Origin: Mobula hypostoma
Taxonomy: Eukaryota
Assembly: GCF_963921235.1 (NCBI RefSeq)
Contig: NC_086097.1
Coordinates: 110,548,001-110,612,000 of the forward strand
DNA: 64,000 nt
Reading direction: 5' to 3'
Shown here: positions 62,951 to 64,000 of the stretch, piece after piece
How positions within the stretch are numbered: position 1 is the stretch's first letter
Layout of the letters: every line of letters begins with the position of its first letter
Notes under the pieces: generated by a model
Told to the model about the DNA's origin: nothing
Database searches by the model: none
The model's input: the letters and a program-made list of their open reading frames with translations, nothing else
Position numbers and translations under genes: made by a program

Positions 62951-63812
62951 GACACAGTTTGAATCACGACCCCTGGAAACAAAGTAATTCAGGGTTCTCA
63001 GCAGAGAGGTGGTGAAGCAAGAAGAAAAATAATTTTCTGGGCAATGAGGAAAACTAGAGGAATAGTCCAACAGTTTGCTCCATTAGGAATTATCACAGAG
63101 TGGAAGGGCCGAGTGTTTTCCTTCTGTGCTACACTCCTACTGACTTCATGATCACAATGGTGACTGCCTGATTACATATATTACTTGCACTTTATGTTAA
63201 GTGTTAATCTTCTTCACACAAAGTGTGATTAATGTATATAACAATAGTCCTCCAGCAAAAAAATGTAAAAAATGTAGAGTGGTATACCGCTTAAACTACT
63301 AGAATTACCATCCATTAGCCTAATTGTTCATCTAGACTCATGATCCTCTCATGCTATTTGAGGAAGTTCAAGCAAGTATATTTTTAAATATCATTGGAAA
63401 TAAAAGTTTCACTTTTTTACTATAAAGAAAATACAATTGTTGGTAATTGTGATCATGAAATGGACTGTCATAGAAAAGATCTGGCTACAGATCTGCCAAC
63501 TTTACCTCATTTGGTTTAAGTGATTGAACACTGCTCGTGTCCCACCAAATGCCTAGCTACCCACTCACTTCAAAAAGAAAACATTTTGCAGGCCTCGCCA
63601 GTGACATTAATAAATAAGAGAAGTGCTGAAATGGATCACATTTTTAAGAAATAATTGTTTGCTGAAGTGATCACATTGTGGAATATCTGTTGATGGGTGA
63701 ATAAAATGTAAATAAATGGCTTTCCTATTCCTCAATTACTTTGTCCACATCAGCCTTAATTAAGTTATTTATGCTTCATTTTTTAATATAATAACTTTGT
63801 GCATTAATTAAA

Positions 63813-64000
63813 TGTAACACCCTGGGAAAGGTTTCACTGCTGATGTAATAGTCTTTCTGTAGCAGCAATGATTGTGTTATGGTTAGAGACAATGGGTGCT
63901 TTGGAAGGTGAGCTGTTCAACGAGGGGAGTGATTTTTTGTGTTGTGTGCCGGACACCGAGGGGATCTGGGTCTTTTGATCAGCGGAAGATGCCAGAAAGG
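63813..64000. mobile_element. Possible start of another LTR, truncated by the window edge
   Basis: Abrupt switch from AT-rich DNA to tgtaacaccctggg (TGTAAC-type LTR terminus); no partner visible. Confidence 0.3.

Overview
This is eukaryotic vertebrate DNA. From the repeat content (CR1, Rex-Babar-type LINEs, Penelope, Tc1, Tigger, Harbinger, Gypsy) I infer a cartilaginous fish, probably a ray or skate. The window lies inside an integrin alpha-9 (ITGA9-like) gene on the minus strand. Three coding exons are recoverable with canonical AG/GT sites and compatible phases: 51646-51496, 27034-26948 and 25193-25114. Most of the remainder is intronic, decayed and nested transposable elements, and most listed ORFs are TE remnants or noise. 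Main observations: (1) A 337-bp Penelope-derived insertion sits exactly at the splice donor of the 151-bp exon. Its 14-bp TSD duplicates the donor, and it carries two tandem intact minimal hammerhead ribozymes in pre-mRNA sense plus an inverted copy able to form an 83-bp hairpin over them. (2) A Gmr1-like Gypsy element with both LTRs has a SCAN/CCHC gag and a pol with in-frame deletions of the catalytic cores. (3) There are several nested insertion clusters and non-autonomous elements. Exon, LTR, TIR, TSD and ribozyme coordinates were counted by hand. Boundaries of degenerate LINE/Penelope fragments are approximate (tens of bp), and family names come from motif recognition rather than database searches.
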